Positions 1 to 13,730 of a stretch of DNA of 64,000 bases are shown here, in pieces. Made by a program: the position numbers and the translations under genes. Each line of letters begins with the position of its first letter. The stretch's first letter is position 1. Where the stretch lies: positions 179,490,001-179,554,000 of the forward strand of contig NC_042997.1 of NCBI RefSeq assembly GCF_006345805.1, written 5' to 3'. Under the pieces are notes generated by a model. That model was not told the origin of the DNA and did not search any database. It saw only the letters and a list, made by a program, of their open reading frames with translations. The DNA is from Octopus sinensis. Its lineage: Eukaryota.

Positions 1-754
1 GAAATTCTTCCGGAAATACAGCGAGTATTTTGTCTGATGCACTTACGATTTTTCCAGAGCATCAACAAATCTGGATATTGGTTTTTAAGTCATGCAACAA
101 GTCCATACATTTTCGGGCGGCTATATTCATCTAAATTTCTCCCAGGACTTGAAAAAATCCATGTGCCCTGTATATATTTTAACGGACTTACAATTATTAA
201 AAATTGGTAATGTCAATAAATAATTGGGTAGAAATATTAGTAGGAAGACTAAGGCATCCAAATTGCCATACAACTTATAAAATTTATAAATATTCCATTT
301 CAGATTTTGAATAATTTTTCCGTGTTTTTAAGTGTTCTTTTTGCTTCTCTGTGATCAGAGTGACAAATATGAATTAGCATGCATGAATATAAATTCAAAG
401 ATTTGGATGTGTTTTGAACTGAGAACATTTATGGGCATAATTAAATGCCACTGTGCATTTTTCCAATGCTTTACTGATTCTGCTATACACCCTAATCTCT
501 GGCGTACTACCCCTCTCCTTCTCTTTCCCCATGCATGCATGCACACACATACACATACACATACATGTACAGTATATAGAGATATATACATATATATTTA
601 TGTAAGTATAACATATATATCCTTAAATATTTTATACATACATAAATTGTCTCTCTCTCTCTCACACACACACATACCTACTGGATAATATATAATATAA
701 TAAGTTATGATATATATCCTTTTATCCTTATATATGTTTCAGCACTGAGTGTGT

Positions 755-792
<38 letters not shown>

Positions 793-1487
793 TTCTAGCG
801 CAATATCTGCAAATATGTAAATATGTATATATCAGAAATAGATCAATCAAACAGTTGATGCATCATAACCGACATGGTCTCATTTGCATTTTTTATATTC
901 CAATACATTATTTTGTGAACGTTCAAAAGTATAATTGCAAAATGAATGAATTATCGATCAATACTAATTTTTCTCGAAGAACACCCGAGAATGGTCTGTG
1001 AAGCTATAGAACGTAACAAATTCTGAAAATGTTGCTTTTAGAAAAGTATGAACATCTCAAAATCTCATTAATTGCTTTTTGCTTAAGTGTTATATGACTG
1101 GAGGAGGTCAACATATTATCACATATAAAACGAGTTAGTAAGAGTTATTCATGCACGATATTTTTCCTATGTAGAGCAGAAAAGCTCCCCTTCCATAATC
1201 CTTTTTCGCATTAAAAATAAAACATAGAGGATAATACTGCGTGTTGTGACTAATATCACATGATAGAAAAGTCTTCCCTGGAATTCTTTCGCTATAGTTG
1301 GTTTCAAACATGGCTGACGTAGAGTGATACCATCACCGAGAAATTATAAGCGACTTGCTAAATCATTGTATTCATGGGAGTTCAAGTTACTTAGTTGACT
1401 AACAAACTTGGAACAATCAAACAATCATAAATTAGTATGTTATAAATACACACACACACACATATATATTGAGTTGTACGTAACCAC

Positions 1488-1550
<63 letters not shown>

Positions 1551-1551
1551 C

Positions 1552-1585
<34 letters not shown>
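1488..1585. repeat. (TATC)n microsatellite
   Basis: Directly visible. Confidence 0.98.
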
Positions 1586-2091
1586 ATGTAAGTATGTATA
1601 TATATATATATATGTATGAGTGTATGTCAGTGTGTGAGAGTATGTGTGCACGTGCATTTGTATACGTACACATAATTGAATAAAGTTCCTTGGTACCAAG
1701 CATAATTCTTAGATTGCCACATACACTTATATAGCAGCGTAAAGTATAGAATTTAGTATCAATTAGAAAATGCAATAGCACAGCAGTTATGTGATCAGGT
1801 TTATTACCTTACATCCGTTTCTATTATGAAAACCGTTGTATGCAATGATGATGGCCCATGCGGCATCTTACAGCAGAAACAGCTCTATAGTAATCAAAGT
1901 GATTAGATAACGCTGTTCCTTGTCTCATATATATATATGTGTGTGTGTGTTGTGTATGTGTGTGTGCGTTCATGTGTGTATATGTATGTCTGTATACATA
2001 TATGTATATATGTATGAATGCATGCATGCGTGTATGTGTGTATGAATACCCCCTCTCTCTCTGTCTCTCTATATATATATATATATATATA

Positions 2092-4024
2092 CCTAATTGT
2101 GCGAACCCCACGTACCCCCACCATTTACTTCCTCCCCAAAATCCACAAACCCAACAACCCTGGCCGCCCCATCGTCTCCGCCTGTAACTGCCCCACGGAG
2201 CTCATCTCTAAATACCTCGACCGTGTCCTTGCCCCCCTAGTGGCATCTCTTCCCTCCCACATCCACGATACCAACCATGCTCTCCGGCTTTTCAACTCTT
2301 TCTCCTTTCCTCCCGGCTCCTCCAAAATCCTTTTTACTATGGACATCCAAAGCCTCTATACTGTTATCCCTCACCACGAAGGACTGCAGGCCCTTCGACA
2401 CTTTCTTGACCTCCGCTCCAACCCTGTACCTGACACCTCCACACTCATTCGTCTGGCCGAACTTGTCCTTACTCTGAACTGCTTCTCGTTCGCGGGCGAG
2501 TTCTACCATCAGGTCTCGGGAGTGGCCATGGGAACGCGAATGGGCCCCAACTATGCGAACCTGTTCGTTGGCTATGTTGAGGCCCAAATATTCTCTAATT
2601 TCACTGGTCCCACTCCTGAACTATATGGTCGTTACACTGACGACATTATCGGTGCCACCTCACTCTCCCGTGAACATATAGATTCCTTCCTCTCTTTCGT
2701 CCAATCTTTCCATCCAGCCCTCCACTTCACTTCCACTATCTCCAACACCTCTGTCTCCTTCCTCGACATTTCGGTTAGCATTCTTCACTCCACTCTTACC
2801 ACCTCCATTCACTACAAACACACAGACTCACACTCATACCTCAACTTCTCTTCCTCCCACCCAGAACACACCAAGCTTTCCATCCCCTATTCCCAATTCC
2901 TCCGTCTACGTAGGCTCTGTAGTGACGACCAGGACTTTGAGACTCAGTCTCAACGTATGGCTCACCACTTCACCCTACGTGGATACCCCCTCACCACTAT
3001 CCACACCACCATTGCCAGAGCACGGTCCGTGGACCGTGTATCTGCTCTCTCTCCCCGAACCCGCCCTGTAGTCTCCCGCCTCCATTTTCCCCTCACTTAC
3101 CACCCCACGACCCTACGTCTCCAACGCACCATTCTTCGAGCTTTCCGTCATCTCCAGTCCGACCCGTCCACTTCACACCTCTTCCCTAACCGACCCCTCC
3201 CCTCTTTCAAACGAGCCCACAACCTTCGAGACCTTTTGGTCCATAGCTCCTTCCCTGACCCTACCTCCCAACCCGGCTCGTTCCCCTGCTCCCGCCCACG
3301 TTGCCGCACTTGCCCTTACCTCTCCAACACCACCCTCCTCACTAGCACCCACCATCGACCCAATCCCATCATCCACTCCTTCACCTGCACCTCCAGCAAT
3401 ATTATCTATTGCGTCTCTTGCTCTCTCTGCCATTCCTTGTACATCGGACAAACGAGACGCCGCTTGGCTGACCGGTTCGCTGAACACCTTCGTGACATCC
3501 ACCTTGCGAACGACACACCGGTCTCACGCCATTTCCGCTCCACCGGTCACTCCTTGCAACACTTATCTGTGTTCGGTTTGTCCTTACACAGAGGCCATCC
3601 GGATTCCCGTTTGCGCCGTGAACAGGAATTAATCTTCTCCCTTCGCTCTTATACGCCATTTGGTCTCAACTCTCCCCCCTCCTCATCTAACCCCCCTCTC
3701 CCCCCTCCTCACCTATCCCCCCCCCCCGACCCCTACTTCTTCAGTCCTTCATCCTTTCACCCCTACTCCCCTTCCCGTCTTCCCTCTTCTCCCTCCCTCC
3801 TTCCCTCTTCCCCTTCCCTCTGCTCCCTCACTCCCCTTCTCTCTCCCCCTCCCCTCTTTCCTCCTTCCTCCTCCCCTTCCTTCTCCCCCTCCTCTATCTC
3901 CCCTCTCCCCCCTCCTCTCATCTACCCCCTCTCCACCCTCTCCCCCTCTTCTCCTCTCTCCACGCTACACCACACGACTTTACACATCACATCATATATG
4001 ATGTGCCATACTAATACATACTAA
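2092..4024 (+). CDS. PLE reverse transcriptase + GIY-YIG endonuclease, N-terminally truncated; no stop until 4024
   Basis: Motifs IYFLPKIHK..PGRPIVS, MDIQSLYT, GVAMGTRMGPNYANLF, GRYTDD and thumb YKHTDSHSYL..S.HP. Cys linker CSRPRCRTC. Endonuclease FTCTSSNIIYC..C..C..LYIGQT.R.L..RF.EH, RREQELI, GLN (3662-3670). The ORF-track start at 2018 is microsatellite read-in. Confidence 0.92.
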
Positions 4025-4352
4025 TACGTACTAATACATACTAATACGTACTAATACATACTAATACATACTAATACATACACCAACCCTATACATACAC
4101 ACGTCCAGACCTCTCATACGCACTTATACTCTCTCATACACACACACACACACTTATACATACTAATACGTACTAATACATACTAATACATACTAATACA
4201 TACACCAACCCCATACATACGCACGTCCAGACCTCTCATACGCACTAATACTCTCTCATACACACACACACACACCCTTATACATACTAATACATACTAA
4301 TACATACACCAACCCTATACATACACACGTCCAGACCTCTCATACGCACTAA
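4005..4352 (+). repeat. Nested tandem array: 10-bp (CATACTAATA)n blocks inside a ~104-122-bp higher-order unit (~2.6 copies)
   Basis: CACCAACCC anchor at 4081, 4203 and 4307; each unit contains CACGTCCAGACCTCTCATACGCACT. Confidence 0.95.
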
Positions 4353-4521
4353 TAGCTGGTCATTCAACCCTATTATCAACCCTATTATCTCCCCTTATTT
4401 CGCTCTCGCGTCTCATGTTTGATCTTTGACCTCTGGCCGAAATCAGATCGCCATGTTGATTCGTTAGTTACTGCACGCATTTTTTTTCTCTCCTTCTTTC
4501 TGTTTTTTTTCTCTCTGTGTA

Positions 4522-4559
4522 TCTTTCTGTTGAAGAGCGTAGGCTCGAAACGTTAAAGA
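4522..4559 (+). ncRNA. Minimal type I hammerhead motif in the PLE terminal repeat (core variant CUGUUGA)
   Basis: TCTTT-CTGTTGA-A-GAGC gtag GCTC-GAAA-CGTT-AAAGA gives stem I TCTTT/AAAGA, stem II GAGC/GCTC and palindromic AACGTT. PLE terminal repeats are known to carry minimal HHRs. Confidence 0.65.
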
Positions 4560-4656
4560 CTTGTTTTATTTATATTTCCTGAGGGCCATACTAATACAAT
4601 TGTTTGTTTGTTTCCCACCTGCCTTCGTCTTTTGTCTATTTTCATAAAGCTTCCCG

Positions 4657-4746
<90 letters not shown>

Positions 4747-5548
4747 CATACACCTGCATGTGTATATGTATCTGTGAAACCGTATGAGAATCTGTGCCTG
4801 CCTATCTCCGAATCAGGATGTGTACACTACGTCATTTATATAGCACCATTATGTATATACACGCATGTTCACAAACTAAAACGCACAAATGCACAAGTAA
4901 ACATATCCTAAACCAAAACTATAGATACAAGAGCCTCTCAAACGCTTATCACCACATGACCTAGTAATGGAATATGGAAACATTCACATGGGTTTGGCTA
5001 CATCTCCAAGAAGAAGCCAGTAGGTTTTGTATTGTATAATACAGACTTTATATTTTGTTAATAATTATGATGATAGAGAATATGGAGACTGGTACATACA
5101 CAACATTTAATTCCTTTTATCTTTCATTTCACACAGCCTATTCTTATGGTTATGACGACCTACACGTGTTTCCGCTGCACAGAGCATGGGCAGTTGCACA
5201 TGCAACCGAGCATAATACGCTGTACAGCATTGTTCAGGGTCTTTCAAACGGCTGGACTAGCTATTAACATAATTATTGCTAATATATACTCCATATCCTC
5301 TATGGTCATAATTATGGGCTATGGGCACTCCATTTAATATTACCAGCTATTGAAGCGAACACTGAATTACCCCTCGGATGAGTTTACAGCGTGAGTGATA
5401 ACTCATTCTAGTTACAAATGTCAAATTCTAATCGATGGCGGTTACTCGTAACCTGAGACATAACTAAGAACCACAAAGGTATCCGCCTGGATAATATATC
5501 CCTCAAAACACAAACAACCACATACATTTAAGGAATATATGAGATATA

Positions 5549-5631
<83 letters not shown>

Positions 5632-6215
5632 GACAGACAGACAGACAGACAGACAGTCCGACAGACAGTCCGACAGGCAGATAGACAGAGTGAGACAAAG
5701 TTGAAAATATCAGTATAAGTTTAATATCAATTATTTGAATACGATTTTGAATAATCATTTATGACAAATATCAAAAGACTTATATATGTATCGATATAAT
5801 CAATCTGGGTAATTCTGTTATGGCCATTTGTATTATAAAATATATGAAATTTGTTTTGTACGTATATAAAAGTTCACGTACCTGGACACACAATCGATAA
5901 GAAACAATACTATGCATACATGCACGTTTCTATGTATCTGCACACGTGCAGTCACACACACACTTACCTTACAGACACACATTTAACGAAATTTTAAGCT
6001 TACAATACGTCTTATATGGCTCTGCTGCAAGTTATGCAGCATACTGAACGGTTCCGTGAGATATTTGAAGCCAGCCATATTGTAAATATTTATAATCATG
6101 TCACAACTTTCCCTACTCATATGTATTTGTGCGAGTGTGCGTGTATATGGGTGTATATGTGCGTATGCGTTCGTGTGTATATGTGTATGTATATATTCGT
6201 ATACATATATATGTA

Positions 6216-6270
<55 letters not shown>

Positions 6271-6271
6271 G

Positions 6272-6303
<32 letters not shown>

Positions 6304-6322
6304 TGTATATACACTTACGTGC

Positions 6323-6378
<56 letters not shown>

Positions 6379-8892
6379 AAGCATACATGCATATTTATAT
6401 ACTTCACTCATCCTCTGAACAGTATAATTTTTATCTTCTCCAATTTTCTCTGTATCTCTCAATATACTGCTTAATTCTTATAACTATAAATTACAACTTC
6501 TCGTAAAACTTTGTATTATTTTTGAGTTTTTGTCTGAAGAATTACGAATAGGAGATTCTACACGCATATATCTTTGTAACTCCTATCCTTTAACGAAAGT
6601 TATGTAACATTTAATTAGAAGTATACTGAATTTTCAAGTCTTCTGTTTTGATACAAATAGACCGACATATAAGGCTTGCATAATATATGAAATATATATA
6701 CCTACGTGCATGCATACATACATATACATACACACATACATGCGGATCCCTCCAAATTCTTACCAAGTAGATAGATTAGATGTAAGACGATATAATTGTT
6801 TTTTGGTTTCATAAATTATCTGTAAAAGTAAAATAAATTCCAACATTTCTATTTCCATTTGACTTTGCTTACCAAAATTTCAGCTAGCTCATTGTTTTGA
6901 AGTTACGTTGCTCGTTCTATCTTAAAGCAGTCCGTATGGACATTTTTGACTACTAATTATAGATAATCACTGTTATTTGGGGTTTTTCAAACACCTGTAC
7001 GACATACTTAGAGGCTGCTATATGGCTAAGTTCAAACAATTTATGAACTGCTAATAGTACCTATTTTGTATAAAATGCATACGTACTAACAACTGACAAA
7101 GCCATCACTATTGCAATAGACGTATTTGAACGCGAAATACATGTTACATATATAAACACACTCACCTCTTTCTCTCTCTCTCTCTCACACACACACCCTC
7201 CTTCTGCATTACTTATGTACGAATGTACAAATATAAATACACACACACGCGCAGACAGTGAAAGAGAATATATGCACGAGGACACAGACATACATATGTC
7301 ATATGTTTTATGTTTATATATAACATTTAAAGATGTCTTTTGAAATATAGTTTAAGAAGCACAGCGGTCATAGTACTGATTTCCCAATACCTGTAGATAT
7401 TGCTTTCGAATACATACCGCTTTCTCTGTGTCTCTCGTTCACTCTTTACGCTTTTACTCACGTTTTCCAGGTCTCATATTGCATATTGATGTCCACTAAG
7501 TTTTCCTGCACACAACGAAACATTATGAGAATTTAAACACGATGGCAGCTAATTAAATGCCATGAGACCATTTGAGAATAAGGATCGCGTCAGATAGCTC
7601 TAAATGCATTACATTCGGTGTTGCCACATTATCTGTACAATGTGGAAAATACTCTAGCCATCTGTCCTGTTCCAACAATCCCAGTATTATGTATTACTCC
7701 AGAGCCATGTACACTCTACAAAATTTGATCCTACGTAACATACAAAATATTGCGACACAAGTTTTTTTTTTTTTTACCTCAATCTATCCTGACTGACAAC
7801 AATGTTTCGAAAGTAATATTCTCCATATTCCAACGGTACCCGGACAAATTCTTCTGAGAAATATAAGACTAACGATCGTCACGTGAATAAATCTTGATAA
7901 ACAGCAACTCCCTACCTCAGTGAGCTCTAAAGACTTAAAAACGAATCAATTTAGTGCTGTTAATTTAGACATTACGAAATCTTTTCTAAGTTATCAAATC
8001 TTTTCTAAGTTATCACAGTTAATGACGTTGACGTTGTACTTGCATTCCACAGCCATGTGCTCCATTATCTCAGATGTGACAGTACCCACACAATTGCAAC
8101 AGAACCCACAGTGACACTAGCATTTCCGAAATCCTCTGTCTACACTGTTGTCACTCATTGCATGTCCCCTTCGTCCTCGGTTTAATATGTGTGAATGTAT
8201 GAGTGTGTGCATGTGTGGATGCGTATTCACCATTAACATTGATGAGGCTTAGAAATAAATCCTCGTAGGGAAGGGAACTGTGATGTCGATGATAATGAGG
8301 CGGAGGAGGATAATCGTAATGATGAAAATTAATGCGATGACTATAATATTAACTGAAGCATCATTGTGATTTATATCTCAGAAAAGTGCTTTCCTAAGAC
8401 AATAATGAACTGGATGAAGGAAAATACAGTCAAATGAAGGGAACTCTTTCAAATACAATAGAATTTGGTCGCAGTGTCAAATTCTTACGTCTTTTACAAA
8501 AATTATAGCACTTGTATTATATTAGTTTCTTATGTAACAAAATGCTTAAATTGTGAAGGATAACCACAGCGAATTAGATTGACTGTAAAGTCAATGACTG
8601 GTATGGAATCGGTCATAAGTCTACTCGATCAGTTCTTTCGTGTCCAACAATTTAGTACATTCACACACACACACACACATGTGATATAGTTGCAAAGAAT
8701 ATTTACAATGTTAACTGTAGGAAGGACTTTCATGTAAAAATGAAAGGTATGTCAGAACCAGCAGGTATTCACATCTTGAAAGAACAAAGAATACTGGTGC
8801 AACACCTCAATAAAAACAGTAATTCGGTTCATGCATAAAAGCTCTGACATTATTCTATGGCACAGAGAGCAAGAGGCATGCGCTGTTGTATA

Positions 8893-8926
<34 letters not shown>

Positions 8927-8954
8927 AGGAGGAGGAGGAGGAGAGGAGTAGTAC

Positions 8955-9165
8955 TTCCAAATTTTGGTACAAGACCTGCAATTCTCAGGAGAGAGGCTTA
9001 GTCGATTACATCGACCCCAGTGTTGAACAGGTACTCATTTTATCGACGCCAAAAGGATGAAAGGTAAAATCGACTTCATCGGAATTTGAACTTAGGACGT
9101 AAAGACAAACTGAATGCTGCTAAGTGTTTTACCCGGCGTTGCTGACAACTCTGGCAGCACGCGCC
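8955..9165 (-). mobile_element. tRNA-derived SINE, family A, degenerate
   Basis: TTTATCGAC..GGATGAAAGG..GGAATTTGAAC core shared with ~20 other copies in the window. Confidence 0.8.
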
Positions 9166-10399
9166 TCAAGTAATAACAACAACAATAAGAAAAATAATGA
9201 TGATGATGAGGAGGAGGTTCATCATCATCATCATCATTATCCGTAACTTAGTTCTTCGCTGAAAGGCAACAACAGGATGAGTGCCTGAAAGAAAGTGAGT
9301 ATTGTGTCGATTTGTTTCAATGTCCCTACAAAACAGTGATCCAGAATTATAATAATGGCTTCTAATTTAGTCACAGCAACTGCAGTTTTCAGGCAAAGTA
9401 GTCAGTCGATAGCATCGACATCAATACTTATTTGCTATTTGATCCTTCGATTCCGAATGAATGAAAGGCAAACATACCCTTGCCAGCATTTGAACTCAGA
9501 ACCAAAAGGAGGTTTACGAATATCATAGTACATGTCCCTAAGACTCGCGTGGTTCCGCTAAGTAACAAATTGCAGTAATATATGGATCTCAGTGAACACA
9601 TCAAGGTACAGGAAAAAGGCTCATTCCAAGTTTCATAGTTACAGAAGAAATTCAACAGTAACATAACGAAAATGTTTGAACACATCGACAATGGTACAGA
9701 TAAAAATAAGACAACTTTAAGGTTATGAACAAATATTCCGGTACTAATAGAAATGAAAACAATTCTTAGAATGAATGTATGTGATGCCAAAACGAATGTT
9801 TAGTTTTTAAAAACATTTCTTGAGATCTTTATATACTTTTAAATACTCCACATAGTTTAGAGGAAATTTATATTTCTTAAAGACGTTATTAACTGCAAGT
9901 ACAGCTTTGGTGTTCATTTTAATGGTAATTATTTGCACATCTTATCTGCTTATTCCACACCCGCACATCATTACCATCCTCTCTAAACTACTGAGGAAGA
10001 AATATGTGATCAGCAAGGATTTCAATATTTCCATTTCGCTACAGAAATGTAATATAAATGTTATATATTTTTTTTTCAAACAAAATTCTGTATTCATTCT
10101 TATTTTGTTTATAATAACAGGATTCTCTCAAAACATTTAAAAAAGAAAAAAAAACGAAGGAGAATCTCACCACGTATGTGTACGTGTTGCTAAGTCAAAA
10201 TAACCAGCACACACACACACACTTTCTCTCACACACAAACATGCAAGCGATAGACAAACACTTACACACACTCATGCACACACACATACACTCACACGCG
10301 AATGAGCTGGACAGATAGATGCTACTTGAAGGCCTTATTTACTCCCAAATCACACCCTAAGGTTACATCAGAAGATCTGCTTACAAAATCTGAGAAAAA

Positions 10400-13300
10400 A
10401 TCAATAGAGTTTCGCCCACAAATGAACGGAGAAAAACAGATGAACAAATGAGACATTTTATTTCAAGAACCGCCGAAGAAAATGTCCTTCACAGAAAAAT
10501 AAAAAGCGATTACTAAGGCAAAGATAGGTATATGTATATATATACATAGAGCACAACCCACATGACAACAGAGTACAGTATAAACAGGGGCCACAGCAGA
10601 ATTGATTGTAAACAGCTCAATATGGTAAACAAGGAAATGGCAGCTCGAAACCTAACATTGACAAGTAATAATAAGACAAACAATTAATATCGGTATAAAT
10701 ATATGAATGCAGGAGCGTAGAAAATACCATAGATGAAATTATAGAAAAGTCTGAGGAGATAAAACTTATAGAAATTCATGACAAATTATTGTAAAAAGAT
10801 GGGTAAAAATACACTAAAAATGCAGAAACGTAGTCAAACTAACTGTGCATTAGAAACGATTACAGAGCAAATAAAGGAAATTGATGTAATGGTTTTAAAC
10901 CAAGTTGTGTATTCCACAATGCGTTCAGTATTAAAAACATATTTACGTTGAAATAAAAGGAAAAACTAGAAAACTACAAGCAGGTTCTATTCAGAAACAA
11001 AATATTCAACATGTGATAAATCACAAGATAAAAAGATTTAACTTGAATAATTAAAACATGAAACAAAGACACAAGAAAAGCATTTACACAGAAAGTTTAA
11101 AATTCAAAACGTACAGGATCTGGAGATCTCAAAAAGTAAACTCAAAAGGATGAAGCTAAAATGTGTTGGTGACGTGGAAAATTTTAAAGCAGAGCAGAGA
11201 AGTCAAATAAAACAAAGTTTTGAAGAGGCAAAACAAAATCTTTACGAGGAAATAAACAAAACAATAGAAGTAGAGAATCCACTGCACAAAGTACAAAGTA
11301 GTGTTAATTTGTAGGAGAATACAGAAAGTAGAAAAGTTCGATAAAACAAATGAGTTAAGCCAAAGAACGAAATAAATATTAAAACGCTTGGCACCACAAA
11401 AATGGGAATATATCAGAGTGGAAAATATAAAAGAAAACATGATAAGAGAAAGTAAGTGAAAATTACCAGGAGACTAAATCTAAAATTTCTGTATACGCCA
11501 CTTACATATCTTCACCAAAATATGGCATATGCTTTAGTAAGCATCTGCTTATTTAGGGATACATCTCAAATAGCAGAGGGACTGATGCAAAACAGAAACA
11601 ATATTTTTTTTATCTTTGAGACTGATAAACCTTAAAGTCATGAGCTATTTCGAGCCATTCATGTACCATTTAAACTTTTACTACACATTAAAGTCAATAA
11701 TAATAGGAAGATATACCAACATTTCAACAGAAATAATCTTCCTTGAAGCACACTAGGGTTGCAGAAGAGGATCACATGCTTTTAAAAACCAACAACTGTT
11801 AAATAAGTTTAGAAGATTACAGTTAGAAACATAAGAACCTACATATTTAGCTTAGATAGACAATACACAAAGAACACGACAATACGTTTTTCATGAAATC
11901 TTGCGTCAAGAAAGACATCAGTGATTGCATCAAAATGGAAAAACTAACATGATGCTTCATCAGAAAGAGAGTGTTTTATAATCTAATACCATGCATATGA
12001 TAACGAGAATATTCCAAGAAAATTCGCTTACACTACTTTTATTGTCTCAGATATTGGCCCATTAAATGAGCCACTTTTATACTGATATTGTTCTGTAAAA
12101 TGTGCGCGAAGTCTCTACATGGTTGCAGGGATATAAGCGGTCACTTTGTATGGATTATATCAAAATATATTCTATATGAATATTTCTCAGATTGCAAGAC
12201 TTTACAGCTGTAACATCAGTATGGAATTTAGAGTTTGTTAGGCACGCAATGATCACTGGAAAACAAAAAATATATTAGACAAAATTTGAAGAAACAAACA
12301 AACGTACAACACCAACAACAATAGCAACAAAAATAAAAGTTTGAGCTACTATATATCGAATATTTAGCAATAGCAAAATTGGAGAAAGGACCCGTGTACA
12401 ACTTGGTATGGTATGTATAGTACGGGGACAGACTTCTCCCAAAGAATACAAGGCAACCATCTCTGGAAATTGCTAGGTATGACAACAAGAAAAGATAAAA
12501 TTTTGCAGTCTGTTGGCGATAAGCACAGAAATATTTAGCTGAAAATTATATTCTAAAGAGGTATACTTTGAAATTATAGGCTGAATTAGCATTAAACACA
12601 CGTGTGGCGGAGAATCAAGAAGTACAACAAATGAAGTTCAAGAACGAAATGAATATGCAAGAAGTTGAATAATGGATCATGTCATCACAGCATGGGATTA
12701 AAATCCCCCGTGGACTATACCCCAAGCAATTTAATTAACGGGATAGTGACAAATAACAAAACTACTTTTGATTTCAATTATCACTACTGAAAATGGAAAG
12801 CCTAATGATTATCACTAAGAACCAATGCCTCCCAAATAGATATTACCAGAGAATATTCTAAAACCGAATATCAAACTGGAATAATGCATGTTAAGTAAAA
12901 CGATCGGTCACATACATGTCAGATTCTCTATACTACAGAATTCCACTCGTATGGATTCTCCACTAACAGAATATGTCAGAAGGCGACACATTCCTCTCTG
13001 CTTTCATGAGAAGATAGGTAAGGATAGAAAGAGCCTTGATTCTGAAAATGGTACAAGCATGTCCCAGAGATCTGAAGAAAATGAATGTGGTGTGATACTC
13101 TGGAATATGCAAGTTCAATTTGGAAGGTTAAATGTAATTAACTGTCCATCGATATAAAAGACAAGTAATCCAGGTGTTGTAGACTGCTTAATGTGTCCTG
13201 CCTAAATGACAGTAATATTTTCGGGGAGAAGATTAAAAACACAGCACATAAAAGGTCTGGAAATTAAAAGTACGAGAATGTGGAATACAATTATAGTCTC

Positions 13301-13400
13301 AATTTCTTATAAGAGTGCCAAAAAATTGAGAAGTGCTATACGAGAGTGAAAATATTATGGTAATGTAAAGATCTTCCATATTTGATGCTAGAAAACAATG
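10400..13400 (+). mobile_element. Heavily degenerate R4/Dong-type (RLE) non-LTR retrotransposon
   Basis: Broken-frame matches by eye: IYQHFNRNNLP*STLGLQKR (RT region); KTIGHIH..IL..TEYVRRRH and NECGVILWNMQVQ..NCPSI; LLNVSCLNDSNI..GLEIKSTRMWN (RLE C-terminus). Boundaries approximate. Confidence 0.65.
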
Positions 13401-13730
13401 ATTCAAGGAAGTGGTCAAATTCTGCATAAAACATCAGAAAGAAAAGAAACTCTTATAAACAAACATTCTGTACTTCACGGTCGCAAATAGGTGAAATGGT
13501 ATGAGAAACCGCTAAATTGAAATTAATAGGTTAGGTGGGGTAAGTGAGAAAAGGAAGCGATAATACACACACAAAAAAATTAAGGAAATTATAAAAGCTA
13601 TTTCTGGACTAACAATGTTACATAAATTTGATGAAGCATTTCTGCCGATAGAACCCAAGAACAAACAATTTTCTCAATTTTATATCACAACGCAAACGAT
13701 ATACATTCTGTACATAGTACATACACTCTT

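Larger units (their letters stand above)
2092..4658 (+). mobile_element. Penelope-like retroelement (Neptune-type), 5'-truncated, inserted in (TA)n
   Basis: RT and GIY-YIG ORF, then a C-rich tract, tandem array and HHR-bearing terminal repeat. (TA)n abuts both ends (2070-2091 and 4659-4742). Confidence 0.93.

Noticed and set aside
4005-4352. Repeat array as a CRISPR-like locus
   Set aside because: No unique spacers, eukaryotic context and no cas genes; it is a tandem repeat inside a PLE.
4365-4390. CAACCCTATTAT x2 resembling a telomeric repeat
   Set aside because: Only two units and not (TTAGGG)n; too short to support a telomere link.
5137-5337. Possible exon after a pyrimidine tract and CAG (AYSYGYDDLHVFPLHRAW.. 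or PILMVMTTYTCFRC..)
   Set aside because: No recognisable protein similarity, no clear donor and no partner exons.
7600-7730. Minus-strand GIVGTGQMARVF resembling a Rossmann GxGxxA motif
   Set aside because: Short, closed by a stop, with weak splice signals; compatible with chance.
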